Source: Octopus bimaculoides
Lineage: Eukaryota
Length of the DNA: 64,000 nucleotides
Reading direction: 5' to 3'
Assembly (NCBI RefSeq): GCF_001194135.2
Contig: NC_068981.1
Location: 40,998,900 to 41,062,899, forward strand
Below, piece after piece: positions 48,137 to 61,864 of this stretch. Position numbers and translations under genes: made by a program. How positions within the stretch are numbered: the stretch's first letter is position 1; every line of letters starts with the position of its first letter. The notes beneath the pieces are model-generated. The model was given only the letters and a program-made list of their open reading frames with translations. It did no database searches and had not been told where the DNA came from.

Positions 48137-49794
48137 GTGAGTACCGTTTGCATCATTGTGTGTATTTATAGAATATGTGTATGCACTGTTTGTATTTTTA
48201 ATTGTTTATCAATAATTTTTTAAATTTATAATTAATAACTTTCAGTGTATATTGAACGAAAATTATATTTTACATTTTCTAGTAACTTTACATAGTACAG
48301 CACTAAAGACTTAAACTCTTAATTTCATATAACTTCTATACATTACTTTGAAATGGTTGTATTGTAATTTCAGTTAATAATTTTTTTTTTGGCCCATTTA
48401 AGAAACTAACTTATTCATACATTTGTTTCTAGTCTTAATTATCAACTTTCCTATGCTGGCTTGATTTTAACGGGTTTATTTCATTCTCTCTTTTGTCAGA
48501 ATATTCTTAGATCTAATTTCACCACTTCTTTCCAATCTTACTCATTCTTCTTTTTCTACATCTCTCTTCATGCAGAGATGAGCTAAGGTAGATTATATGC
48601 AAGAAGAAATCTGAAGATGTGCTTCAGTTAGATTCCTCACATGTAAAAATATGATCCATTAAAATGTTGGGCTTCTGTCATAATGGAGACACTGGCTGAT
48701 GCTCTCACATAGGTTAGCATTACACATCTCAGGGATTGTTCTTACTAGTGAAGAATATAGCTAAATCACCTTGTTTTTTTTTTTCTTGCATACAACATAC
48801 CTCTATTCATCTCTGTTCTAACATCTTAAATACTTTATCATATTGACATTCATAGTAGTGAGCCTAAAATTAAGTATCTGTAAAGAAGAAAGTTGTCTCT
48901 GTTGGTGGTGAAATTTCTTATTGAAAATCAATGGGTGCATACGCTTGACTACACTCCCTACTATATACACATCTAAGTCTCAGTTACTGTTAACAGAGTT
49001 GCTGTTATTTATTCAATGTCCTGTTCTTCTTAATTAATTAACTGTAATTTTGCATCCACTTTTATTTTCAACCACTAGCACAGTTGATTGGATGTACTTA
49101 TGCTTTTGACACTAGAAGAGTTGAGCTGGATAGGTTATCTTCACTATAGCTTATGGTTCCACTGCTGTCATATTTAATAGGATAAAAATTTCATTTTACA
49201 GCATTTCTTCAAAATGTCCAACTTCCTAGTTGCAAGGCTATCACTACTACTGAAGAAAACATTTTTGTCTTCTTGATGAATGGACAGGGAGAAAGAAGGC
49301 AAGCAGTCAGATCAAGTGTCAGTTTCTCACACAAAGATTATGAAAACGGACCAGGTTGCCTAGTGACAACAATGGCAGGGTGGTTGGATGTGTACTGTAA
49401 TGAAAGTTGTTACATTCGTGGAATATCATGAAGTCTTCTAAATTCATAGGAAGCACATTAATGATGTTTTAAAATTAGAATCAGTACATGTTGGTTAAAG
49501 AGAACTGACTTCAGTAATTGAATCAAGATAAATCCTTTATGGTTGTTGATTTGTAAAAAGTGGACCTAAAGACTGAGTAGGGTGTACAGCCTAGTCTGGG
49601 GAATTCAAAATAAATTAAGGATGAAATTGGTTCACAAGAGCAGTTTAGGTAATATGTGATAGAGCTGCAAGTACTCTGGTTGATATTAATTTTATTTTAC
49701 CCAATTTTGTCATCTTTCCATCATTGTGAACATGTTAACATGTATGATACCTCATCATATATTTTTGCTTACACCCTTTGTGTTTTATTTTCAG

Positions 49795-50016
49795 GCAGCA
49801 GATTGTCAAAATTTCCGTCGTGGCTCAGGTCACTTGATTCCCTGCTTACTCGAACATATTGATAACATCACAGATAGCAGTTGTAAACAATTTCTGCTGA
49901 AAATGGGAAGCATAATTTTTAGTGATTATCGTTTAGTTTCTAATTTTGTTGACAACTGCCAGCGAGATATCGATAAATTAAAATGTGGTCGAGTTCAACT
50001 TGAAGAAGAAGATGAT
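49795..50016 (+). CDS. GLG1: GLG1 exon 4 (AADCQNFRRGSGHLIPCL...IFSDYRL...KCGRVQLEEEDD)
   Basis: Acceptor ttttcag| and donor |gtatgt, 222 nt. It contains the IIFSDYRL motif of the GLG1 repeat. Confidence 0.95.
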
Positions 50017-50250
50017 GTATGTATATATTAAATTTATATATTTGTTCAAATGCCTACATAAGAATTGCAAGCTTCTTAATATGTGTTATGCATTTACACA
50101 GAGAATATAAATCCTCACCAAACGCTTACTTATCAAATTATCCAGCAAACAAATTTCCAGTTGTAACAGAAGACAATCTCTGCATGTATAACCATATTCT
50201 TTCTTGTTCATTCACTCATAACTAATATCATAAAAAATGTCAATGGAATT

Positions 50251-50549
50251 GCACCTAGAAAGTTCCCATCCAAGGCACAACTCTGGGCAAGGTTGTTTAT
50301 GGAAGATCAGCAGTCACCCATGCATACCAGCCTCCCCTCTCTTTGCCACTGACATTATCCAAGGGAAAGGCAAAGGCTGATACAGTTTAGAACCAGTGAC
50401 ATCACAACTCATTTCTACAGCTGAGTGGACTGGAGCAACATAAAATAAAGTGTCTTGCTCAATAACACAGTACACAGCCTGCTCCAGGAATTGAACTCAC
50501 TACCTAATGATTGCAAGCTCAATGCTCTAACCACTGAGCCATGCACCTT
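50251..50549 (-). mobile_element. tRNA-derived SINE
   Basis: The reverse-complement head is aaggtgcatggctcagtggttagagc...gagttcaattcc. Its central gagcaagacacttt...ctccagtccactcagctg domain is shared with 61629-61864. Confidence 0.75.
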
Positions 50550-50645
50550 CATGACTTAATATCATAACATCTCCCTTTTCATTCCAATGATTGTTACTGA
50601 AAAATACAAAAGCTCAGCCCACCACACTTTAACATGTAGAAATAT

Positions 50646-50859
50646 TGGTTTCAAATTTTGGCACAAGGCCAGCAATTTCGGGGGAAGGGGTTAGTCAATT
50701 GCATTGACCACAGTGCTCAACTGGTACTTATTTTATCGACCTTTAAAGGATGAAAAGCAAAGTTGATTTTGGTGGCATTTGAGCTAGAACATTAAGTCAG
50801 AAGAAATGCCACCATGCATTTTTTCCAGAGCACTGATGATCCTACCAGCTAACTAGCTT
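50646..50859 (-). mobile_element. tRNA-derived SINE (family A)
   Basis: Homologous to 910-1140 and 36932-37146. Confidence 0.8.
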
Positions 50860-50869
50860 GAACATGAAA

Positions 50870-51875
50870 TCATCATCATCATTGTTTAACATCCGCCTTC
50901 CATGCTAGCATGGGTTGGACAATTTGACTGAGGACTGGCGAACCAGAAGACTGCACCAGGCACCAATCTGATCTGGCAGAGTTTCTACAGCTGGATGCCC
51001 TTCCTAACGCCAACCACTCCGAGAGTGTAGTGGGTACTTTTATGTGCCACCAGCATGAGGGCCAGTCAGGCAGTACTGGCAACGGCTTCGCTCGTATGTT
51101 TTTTCACGTGCCACCGGCACAAGTGCTGGTAACGACCATGCTTAAATGGTGCTATTTACGTGCCACTGGCACGGAAGCCAGACAGCTGATCTGGCAATGA
51201 TCACGCTCGAACGATGCTCTTAGCGCTCCACTGGCACAGGTGCCAGTCATCAAATTTAGTTCAATCATGATTTCGATTTCACTTGCCCTAACAGGTCTTC
51301 ACAAGCCGAGTTTAGTGTTCAATGAAGGAGAGGTTGGCATCGGTGCCAGTCGTCGAATTTGGATCGATTTCACTTGCCTCAACAGGTCTTCACAAACAGA
51401 GTTTAGTGTCCAGTGAAGGAAAGGTACGCATAAGTGGGCTGGCTACACCCCTGGCAGAGGCCTTGGATTAAGGTCTCACTTGGCTTGCCGGGTCTTCTCA
51501 CGCACTGCATATTTCCAAAGTCTCAGTCACAAGTCATTGCCTCGGTGAGGCCTAATGTTTGAAGGTCGTGCTTCACCACCTCATCTCAGGTCTTCCTGAG
51601 TCTACCTCTTCCATAGGTTCCCTCAACCTCTAGGGTGTGGCACTTTTTCACACAGCTATCCTCATCCATTCTCACCACATGACCATACCAGCGCAATCGT
51701 CTCTCTTGCACACTACAACTGATGCTTCTTAGGTCCAACTTTTCTCTCAAGGTACTTGCACTCTGTTGAATATGCACACTGACATTACACATCCATCGGA
51801 GCATACTGGCTTCGTTTCTTGTGAGCTTACGCATGTCCTCAGCAGTCACGACCCATGTTTCACTGCCATGTAGCA
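50870..51875 (-). mobile_element. 5'-truncated RTE-clade LINE (RT C-terminus, 3' UTR, (ATG)n tail)
   Basis: ORF 51586-51876 reads MLHGSETWVVTAEDMRKLTRNEASMLRWMC...RRLRWYGHVVRMDE...GRGRLRKT, with the tail at 50870. Confidence 0.92.
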
Positions 51876-51876
51876 T

Positions 51877-52205
51877 TTCTACAGATGGATGCCCTTCCTA
51901 ACGCCAACCACTCTGAGAGTGAGTGCTTTTACGTGCCACCGGCACGAGGGCCAGTCAGGCAGTACTGGCAACGGCCATGCTCAAAATGGTGTTTTTTATG
52001 TACCACCTGCACAGAAGCCAGTCCAGCGGCACTGGCAACGACCTCGCTCGAATGTTTCTTTTTCGCATGCTACCGGCACAGGTGCCAGTAAGGCGACACT
52101 GGTAACGATCACACTCAGATGGTGCTATTTACATGCCACTGGCACGGAAGCCAGACAATTGCTCTGGCAATGATCACGCTTGGATGGTGCTCTTAGTGCT
52201 CCACT
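51877..52205 (-). mobile_element. Second RTE 3' UTR fragment, tandem to the previous element
   Basis: Direct repeat of about 50980-51230. Confidence 0.8.
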
Positions 52206-53048
52206 CTTACCAGAAATATAGCATCGGTGGTGCTTTTCCCTGGCACAAGCCCAAACTGCATCTCATATAAACTGACTCTCCCTAATTACTTGGGCTATGA
52301 CCCTCTCCTTGACATTCATTACCTGATCCAATAACTTGATACCTCTGTAATTATTTGTATCTAAAGCGTCACCTTTACCTTTGTAGCAGTTGACTATGGT
52401 GCTGCTACACTAGTCATTGGGTATGACTCCTTCGTGTACAATACATATTTAGCACATATGCACCCACACAGTTAAACTCGAGCACTATTCATATTAGGAA
52501 AACGCTATTGCAACCCATTGTCTAAGCATGAATAAACTCAATAAATGCTCTCATGGTCACTCCAAATGTTAAACCTTGCTATTACTGTGGATCTTTGCTG
52601 GCAAAAGCATATCCCTGGCATTATTAGGACAATTTCCTTGAGACTGCTTTTTCTCTTTGGGACATGAATATATTTTAGCTCCTCCCTACAGTTATTAGCA
52701 TTCTACAATGTTCAAATGATGCCCACAATGGTGTGTTGCTTCACTTTGTCAGTTTCTATCCTTTGATATATACACATACTCTAGAAATACAATTTATATA
52801 ACACACTTTTCTATCTTCCTGCACCTGCACCACATCCCTGATATATATTTACTCTCACATTCTTCACAAAACTCACACACAACCTACATCTACCTTCATA
52901 ATGTCTACTCTAGAAAGCATACATATTGCTTTTTACTTCTTTCTTCTCTGTTGTTTGACCTGTATCCATGCATACACACATTCACACCTTACTTCTTAGG
53001 CTGCCTGTGACTCATCTCTCTTCGCTTTAACAAAAACACTTCAGTTTA

Positions 53049-54307
53049 CAAGGGTTGGCTGAAAAGTTCATAGGCTGACCAAGATGCTCTCATGGAATGT
53101 GACCAAATGAAGTTTATTTTTGAAAATAGTCCTCTTTGTGATCCACACACTTCTTCCATTGGTGTTACAGTGCTTGGATCCCATTGGTGAAGAAGCTTTC
53201 ATCCTGTTGGTCAAAAAAGTTATCAATAGCAGATATGATGTTGTCATCACCATGATATGGGTTACCAGCTAAGTGTTTTTCATGTTGGGGAATAGATGAT
53301 AGTCAGATGGGGCCAAATCAGGAGAATAGGGAGGGTGATCAACAGTTCAAAGCCATAGTCATGTACAACAGCTATTGAAAACAAGGACTTCTGTGATGGA
53401 ACATTGTCCTGATGAAACAAGACACCTTTTGTCAGTTTTCCTGGGCATTTGGTCTTGAAAGCATATCATAACTTCCTCAGCAAGTTGGTATGGTACTCTC
53501 CATCGATGGTGTGGCCCTTTTGAAGATAGTCAATAAACACAATGATTATCGCTTTCCAAAAAACTTAGGCCATGACCTCCCCTACAGATGAAATGACCTC
53601 GGCTGCCTTTGGATGACATGAGGAGAAGTGTTTCTACTGCATGGATTATCTCTTTGTCTTTGCGTCAAAATGATGAAGCCAACACTCATCCTGGGTTAGG
53701 AAACGTTCAAGGAAACCAGCTGGATCTGCTTCAAACAATGTCAGATTTTCTTGTGATGTGATCAAGTGTCAAGTCATGGCACCCACTGAGCAGAAACCTT
53801 TGTCATGCCAAAATATGTCATGTGCAAAATATTCTCAACTCGCTAACAGTATCAGCTATTTGATTTATAGTCGATCACTTGTCATCCATCAGCCTGTGGT
53901 GAACACAATTGATGTTTTCTTTGGTGGAGGCAGCTACAAGATATCCAGACCTTGGGTTATCTTCAAGACTCTCCTTTCTTTACTAAATGTAGCTGCCCAC
54001 TTTTGCACTGTTTATAAAGTTAAAGCATCATCCTATAATGTAGCATCCATGTCAATATGAATGTCCTTGGGGGCTGAAACGTTTTTCTGTGGGTACTTAA
54101 TAACAGCATGATGCCAGATTTTGTCCATTTTTAAGAGAAGTTGCTTCTAGTTATTTTTGAAGTCTTCTTTGAACAATGAGATGTCAGTTTACCTGGCAAG
54201 GAACAATGCAATTATTAATAAGAAAAGTTGAAATTATGCATGCAGATTTCACAGCTCTAGTATCACTCCTTCATAGTATGGTCTATGAACTTTTCAGCCC
54301 ACCCATG
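53049..54307 (-). mobile_element. Degenerate full-length mariner element, same family as 45848-47067
   Basis: TA|caagggttggctgaaaagttcatagg ... ctatgaacttttcagcccacccatg|TA. On the - strand from 54128 it reads MDKIWHHAVIKY...VSAQWVP*. Confidence 0.92.
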
Positions 54308-54589
54308 TAGCCCTTATTTTCTTTGTCCCATTTTTTACAGTCTACACACACATGTATTTGGATTTCGTACCTTTTGATTTAACTTTTCCTCTATAAGTGC
54401 TGTACCTGATATTCTGCTAGTGTTTACACACATAAAAATGCCTTTTTTAATTGCACACACTTGCACACCCTTTAAATAGTGCATTTTGGTTCATTCTGTT
54501 TTTATTTCTATAACCTTTCATCATCTGACACAAGATAATCTCCTCCAATCCCTCCTCCCTTCTCAAAGCATCTTTGTCTTACAAGTTAC

Positions 54590-54902
54590 TTGGTGACCCT
54601 GCCAGTGCTGATGCCATGTAAAAAGCATCCAATCCACATTGTGAAATGGTTGGCATTTGGAAGGACATCCAGGTGTAAAAACCATGCCAAAACTGACCTC
54701 ACCTGTGCTTGTGCCATGTAAAAAGCACTCAGTCTACTCTGCAGGGTGATTGGTGTTAGGAAGGGCATCCAGCCATAAAAACCTTATCAAAGCAGACACA
54801 GGAGTCTGGTGCAGTCTTCTGCCTAGCCAGCTCCTGTCAAATCATCCAACCCATACCAGCATGGAAAGCAGACGTTAAAAGATGATGATGATGATGATGA
54901 CA
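54590..54902 (+). mobile_element. RTE-type 3' tail fragments ending in (GAT)n
   Basis: ...ccagcatggaaagcagacgttaaaagatgatgatgatgatgatga. Confidence 0.75.
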
Positions 54903-55849
54903 TTAACAATCAAAGCAACACATCACACTACACACAAACACACTTTTGTGCTATTCCTTGACCTAAACATGTATTTTGATTACACATGCCCTTTCAGAAA
55001 ATTCACATTGCACAAGCATTTTACCTTACAAAACCACTGCACACTACACCCTTGGCATATATATGCACACCTCCATATACACTTACTTATGCCTTTCTAA
55101 CTCTATAAGACACCTTTCTCGCTGGCTTATTGGTTTTCATCCTTCCCAACCTCATTCATCACCATCATTTAATGTCCATCTTCTATTCTGGCTTGAGTTG
55201 GATAGTTCAATAGGATTTGATGACCCAAAGTACAGTGTTGAGCTCCAATGTCTACTTTGGTATGATTTCTACAGCTTGATGCCCATCCTAAAATGACTCC
55301 TGATCTTTTTTCTTCACATATAAATACACACATATATGCACATACATGCTCATTACAACATCTTTCTCTCTCTTAGTCTATCTCTCTTTCACCTTTTAAT
55401 CTTTCTTCCTTTTTCCCTTCCTCCCTCTATTTTCTCTTCACCTTTTCTTACAGAAAAATTAATATCCAAAGCATCATACATATACCTTTTTTGCTTTTCC
55501 TGCTAGCTTTAAACTAATACCTTATTCATTATTTGTGGGATTTTTTCTGCACTTTTAACTGTTCTCATTGTATTTTGACTGTGTGGTAAGAAATTTACTT
55601 CTCAACTACATGGTTCTGGGTTCAGTCCCACAGCATAGCACCTTGGGCAAATAAATGTCTTCTACTGTTGCTTCAGGCCAGCCAAAGCCTTGTGAGGAGA
55701 TTTGATTGACAGAAACTGAAAAAAACACTGTTGTATATACATGCATATATATTGCATGTTACTTAGGAACCCTGCTAGTGTTGATACCATGTAAAAAACC
55801 TACCAGTCCACACTGTGAGTTGGTTGGCTTTTCATTTAATTTGGAAACT

Positions 55850-57720
55850 TGTTGATTACCTAAATTCCACAGCAATGCCCAAACAAATTAGATCTAGTCT
55901 CTTAGGTTTAAATTTTTTATATGATTCTTTGATTTTCTTGATGTTCATTGTAGTGTGTTTATGAGGTATTTTATGGCTGTTTGTTGGTTCTTGATGGTAA
56001 AATGAACTACATTTAGAGGTTGCTAATCTATAATTGACTGTTATTTTTGTCTCTGTTGGTGCCATATTGAGCAACATCGCCAAATATAACTTTCTCTTGA
56101 TATATTTTTTTTCGTTAAAGGCTGTATTAATATAGAGCTCTTCAACTTCAAAATTAACAATTCTTTATTGACTTCGTAATATTATTTCTTTTATTGATGC
56201 AACTTGTATTATCTTAAGTGGTTAAAAAATATTGTCAAAGAAATCCAATGTAATATTTGAATGCTGTCTGTGCCAGTCTTACGATTTCTATTCCTAATTT
56301 ATATTTGAGATAGAAACAGTGTTATCACTGTTAATGTGAACAATTCTGATTACAGTTAATAATTTTCACATTGCTATTGTTATTGATCAAATTTCTAGCT
56401 CTTGGAACTAGTACAGCAAACACTGTGTGAGTTATTGTATTCAAAGAGCTCTGATTGTTCATCATGGAATTATGCTTTTATCAAGTCAAATGATGTGTTA
56501 CATTTATTATTAGATGTTGGAGAAATATATGTCACTGATTTATGAATTTCCTTTACTTCACTGTCAAGTTTAAATACTTGGCTAATTACCATATCTGTCC
56601 CATGAGAATATAGTAGCCAATTGAACTTTTCATTACTAAAGTTACTAACACATAGATTCATCATTTTATATGTGTTTCCATGCCAGCATGGGTTAGTTGT
56701 ATCTCAGCAGCTTCTCGTAGAAACCTCCCTACCCCCAGATATATTTTTACAGTGTAGGTTGGATGCATTTTAATGTACCATTGGCACAAAAAAAGTTCAT
56801 CTGTGGCAAGACTAAAGAGTTTCCTCTATTCTGTATCAGTTATATCCATAGAGAAGCTATATGTTGTATTAGGGTTTCTGTTTTCTCTATACCTGAGTGT
56901 ATACCTTTCAGATTTCTACATAATATTATTGGAAGTTCACTGTCTGAATGAAATATACCTTTAAGACACAACATCTCTCTTTGACAGCCTAACTTTTGCT
57001 CTGTCATCATAGTCTCTACCTCATGAGCTTTACTAATAACTCCACCCACAGATTAACCTGCCATGATATCCCCTTGTACTTTAAAGTACATAAAACTCTA
57101 CCAAATCTCTGCTACTCTTAGTAGTAAATGTATTTGACTGCTGACTTATGTGAGCCATCTTTTTGGTTTGTCCACCATAGAAATAGTTCACATACCAAAT
57201 TTTTAAGTCACTTCCCAAATTGTAATCAGGCTTCCTATTTCCACATCAAGAAAACATTTATCAACTTAGCAATATTTTCATATTCTTTTCTTTCCAGTTG
57301 CTAGTTCATTTATAATAAAATTGTTGCTTCAGCAGTATTCTTTTAGGAACAAGCACAGACAAGCTTTACACAATTTGCGCATTACATTCCAACATTTGGT
57401 TGGCCAGATGTTTTTATCCTAGTGAATGGTTTTGTTCTTTGCTATTTGTCTCTGCTAACATCAGCTAAATTCTCTTCCAGAACATATTCACCTCGTCTTG
57501 ACATCTGTTAGCAATTATTTCTTCTTAGAGTACTTTTTATTTTTTAAATCAAATTTTTATTTTGATAATTTTTTCTGAAATCTGTTTCTCACTTGTAGAT
57601 TATTTGGAAATTATACATCTATGTTTGTTAGTGATAGATTTGAGAACAAAAAAATTTTCATACAATTTTCTTTTTGCCTACTTTTATGTTCCTTGCTACC
57701 CTCGAAACAGATATTGTTAC
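55850..57720 (-). mobile_element. Heavily degraded LINE ORF2-like remnants
   Basis: There are only weak motif echoes (KYL-like, WFT-like) with many stops. The boundaries are approximate. Confidence 0.3.
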
Positions 57721-60424
57721 TGCAGTTGTAGTGACTGGTTCTTTCATGCATCATCAGATTGATGAATGGAGGTGGGGTTTTACAAAGGTTGTTTTTCATT
57801 GCCATCCTTTGTGAGATTTTACAAGATGCCATCTTGTTGGAGAGATAAAGACAAGCTTACTACACCTGCCTGGGCACTCAGAATGTAAGGATTAGAACAA
57901 ATACTACAAAGCATTTTTCTAATATTCTAAAAATGGAAGGCAATGTTGATCTCAGTTTATAAAGACCTGGAACAAATACCACAATGTATTTTGTCCACTA
58001 CTCTAACAGTTCTGCCAGTCTACCATCCTACAGTGACTGATAGTTTATTCTATTTACTGACACCCTCACTATCAGCTATCATGGTAATTGCTATGAATAT
58101 ATCCAACTGAATAAGCACTGTAATGAAATGGACCATTTCGTTAGCAAATTGGTCCATTTCATTACAGAGGCTTATTTCATTTAAAGTCATATGCAACATA
58201 TTTACTGGACTATATTGTTCAGCTTCATAGCTACCTGTTATTCTGTTATTAATTTTATTTTTTGTCATAAAACTTTTAGTAGATGTTCTTTACATTCAGC
58301 AAAAGGTTGTCTGTTGAAACAGTCGCATTGGTATAAAATAATTTCAAATTCAGAATGAATTTTATCTCAATGTGATCGAAAATATTCCTATATCCAATTC
58401 GAAGATCTCTTACCATGTTATTTAATTACTTAGTGCAACTAATTAAATTTTGTAGCACATAAGGAAATTTTTTAATTTTTTTAATTCTAGAAGCACACAA
58501 TGAAACATGAGCAAATAAATGTCTCATACGGAGACACATAACATCCCATATACTTGAAAATAGTATGCTTGTTAATATTTTTATAATATTTAGAAACTAT
58601 TTACAAAAAACTATACTTGTACTCAGTTATATAAATTATAGAAGCAGAAACACTCCTAAGCTAGTCATAAGAAGACACACACACACCATCATTATTTTAC
58701 ATCCATTTTCCATGCTAGCATGGGTCATCATAGTCGTAATTAGTTCATATTTGGAGTTACTTTCCTCCTAGGCATTTAGGAACAAGTTTCAAAAATAAAA
58801 GTGTCGCACTTGTATGTTTCATTTTTGTTTTTTCTCTCTCTGGCTGGATGTCCTTCCTATGTCCAGCCACTTTACAGAATGTTACTGGGTGTATGTTGTA
58901 TCACCAGCATTAGAAACATTGTCATGTTCTCGACAAGACTAAAGTGTCCTCTAGGATCCTACATCTCTGCTCATTTGTCAACCTCCCTATAGAGTCTACT
59001 GGGCAAATTTTATCAGAGTACCCACATTAACAAGATTACCATGTATATTCTAAGACCATAGACTCTTAGAGAATATAAGTACTTACGGTAGAGTGCTCAC
59101 TACTCTATTATTTGCTTAAAGCATAGACTGAGAAGATGAATAACAAAGAGTTTGAAGAGAGGAGTCTAAAGGAAGTAAAAGTATGATGGTAGATAAGTAA
59201 AGTCAGCACACTCTCCCTCCCCACCTCTCTTTCTACTTCTATCACTCATACCCCTTCCACCTTCTCTCATTTGTGCACCTATTGCTCAAAGCCTCTGTTG
59301 TTCACACCATGATCGATCTCATCACTATTACCCTCCCATCTTTACACTCTCACTATACTACCTATTGACTGAAGATGGTCTGTATATTTCTCCTCCACAC
59401 CACTATCATTGGACCTATCTAACTCTCCCCCTTCAAACACTGTACTCCCTCCTTCTCCCTCTTATCACCATAGCCTTCTCCCTCTTATCACCAAGATATA
59501 TCTACCTTTACCCCTCCCCCTCTCACACCACCTGGTATTGACATCAATCATTCAGTCCTCCCATTTATCCACTTGTATTACTAACCATTACTCTCTCATT
59601 CCTTCCACTATTCTCTTATCCCATTCACTCTATTTCTGCCATCACTTTAATGCTCCCTACCCACTCATCTGATTCTCCCACTATTGCCCTCACTTTTGTT
59701 CAGCTCCTCAGCCATGTCATCCCAAAGGAATGAATACTTCATAGCATATTAGGAATTCTCAAATTTCCTGGGATCATATTATTATTAGTAATATTATAAA
59801 TCCACTCAAAATATCTCATAAAGTGATTGGCAAGGAAGGTAAATCTCATAGGATTAAGGAGACCCTTTAGTCTTGTCAAGGATGTGGCTATCTCTTTTGC
59901 ACGTGCAACAATAAAACTACCCTACATACTTAATAAATCTTGTGGTTGAGAGGAGGTTTTGGTGTTGTCAAGATCATAACCACCTCTGTAGTATCGTTGT
60001 CACAATAAAATGCACTCGGTGTACATTCTAAAATAGTTGGTGATAACTTAGATAGGTTTCAGCCAGTATAAGCCCAGGCCATGTCTAACTTAAAAGCACC
60101 ACCTGGTGAAGTCTTTTAGATTGTGACTCACACCTCAGTCATATAGGAGGGGCATCCTGTTTAGTATCCATGCCAAACATGGAATATTCAAGCAAGATGT
60201 ACTTTTCCCAACTTGTCTAGGTAAGCAGTGCTGATTTGGATCGTAGCAATTGATTCAACTTGTACCAGCATGAAAAAACAAAAGCCCTTCCTAACACCAA
60301 CCACTCCGAGAGTGTAATGGGTGCTTTAACGTGCCATCAGCACGACACCAGTATCTGCCATGACTGTGATTTTGCTCAGCTTGATGGATCTTCTCAAGCA
60401 TGGCATAATGCCAAGGGTCTTGGT

Positions 60425-60531
60425 CATTACCTCCACGAGGTCCAACACTTGAAAGAACTCGGCCACTTTGCCTCCATGAGGCCCAATGCTTGAAAGGAAC
60501 TCAGCCACTTTGCCTCCATCAGGCCCAACGC
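60425..60531. repeat. ~41-bp tandem repeat, about 2.5 copies, inside an RTE-type 3' UTR fragment
   Basis: cttgaaag(g)aactc(g/a)gccactttgcctccat(g/c)aggcccaa occurs at 60448 and 60489. Confidence 0.8.
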
Positions 60532-61628
60532 TAATTATTGTCAAGATATTTGTAAGGATGGATAGGTTGGAACAATGAAGTGCTGTCTTCTGAATTAGTT
60601 TGCTGAAGTAAACTTTCGCTGTGGGTATGGCTATGTATTTTTATGAAGAAGTGTATGTTGATGGGTTCCATTTTGAAGGTTCTGTTGATGTAAGTGTTCA
60701 GAAACTGTATGGTATGTCGCTTAACAAAATCATGGAGATGTTATGCTGTAAAGTACATTACAATATCCTTAATGTAGTACAAACATTATCTGATATAGAA
60801 CTCAAAACATTGGGCAGAGTGGACAGATCATGATCATCAAATGTCTGCTTTCCATGCTAGCATGGGTTGGAGGGCTTGACAGGATCTGACAAGGCAGAAG
60901 ACTGCACCAGGTTTCAATGTCTGTTTTGGTATGGGTTTTTATGGTTGGATGACCTTCCTGACACCAACTATCCTGCAGAGAGCACTATTTTTATTATATC
61001 AAAAGTTGACTGTCTACTCAGTTTCATGCTGAGCTGGACTGTTTCCATTCTATCTGATGTATTGAGTTCTATATCAGATAATGTTTGGACTAAGTAAAAT
61101 ATATTTTTAATATGCTTTATAACTTATATCTATGTATAAAATTGTGTATATTGGACATTTTTCCAATTCAAAACTGCAGCTGTGATCTGAAGAAAACTAG
61201 TTTGATCACCTGCATAGAGGCTTTCCTTCACTGGTTCAAAGAAATGTTTATTCCTTGATCAGTCTTAGATGGACAAAGCTGTAATGAAAGGCATTTTAGT
61301 CATGACAATCTCCATCATTCATATCATTATCATTTAATGTCTGTTTTCCATGTTGTCATGGGTGAGATGGTTTGAAAGGATTTGGCAAGCCCTTAGCCCA
61401 CATTAAGTTCAAATGTCAGCTTTGACACAGTTTCTACAGCTTGATGCTCTTCCTAATGCTAACCACTTTACAGTGTAGTGGGTTGTTGCTTTTTTTTTTT
61501 TATGCCACCATCACGAGTGAGGCTGCTGAGTAACTTACAAAAAGTGAACAGGGAAAAGGGGGGGAAAAATGTTCCCTTGACTACATGGTGGTGGGGAAGC
61601 AATGATTTTATAAAGTTAAAGTTACCTT

Positions 61629-61864
61629 CTTGAGTCATACCAACTCACGAGGGCCTGTTTCCTGGTTCCAGTGCATATATATTCCCAACCTGGACAGGAC
61701 GCCAATCTGTTACAGGATTACTCATTTTTGCCTGCTGAGTGGACTGAAACAATGTGAAATGATGTGTCTTGCTCAAGAACACAACACGTCACCCAGTCTA
61801 GGAATCAAAATCATAATCTTATGATCAAGAGTTCAACACTTTAAGCACTAAGCCATGCACCTCC
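61629..61864 (-). mobile_element. tRNA-derived SINE
   Basis: The reverse-complement head is ggaggtgcatggcttagtgcttaaag. It shares domains with 41312-41613 and 50251-50549. Confidence 0.7.

Noticed and set aside
910-61864. tRNA-like A/B boxes at many positions
   Set aside because: All are heads of SINEs with downstream family bodies, and none completes a cloverleaf, so no tRNA genes are called.
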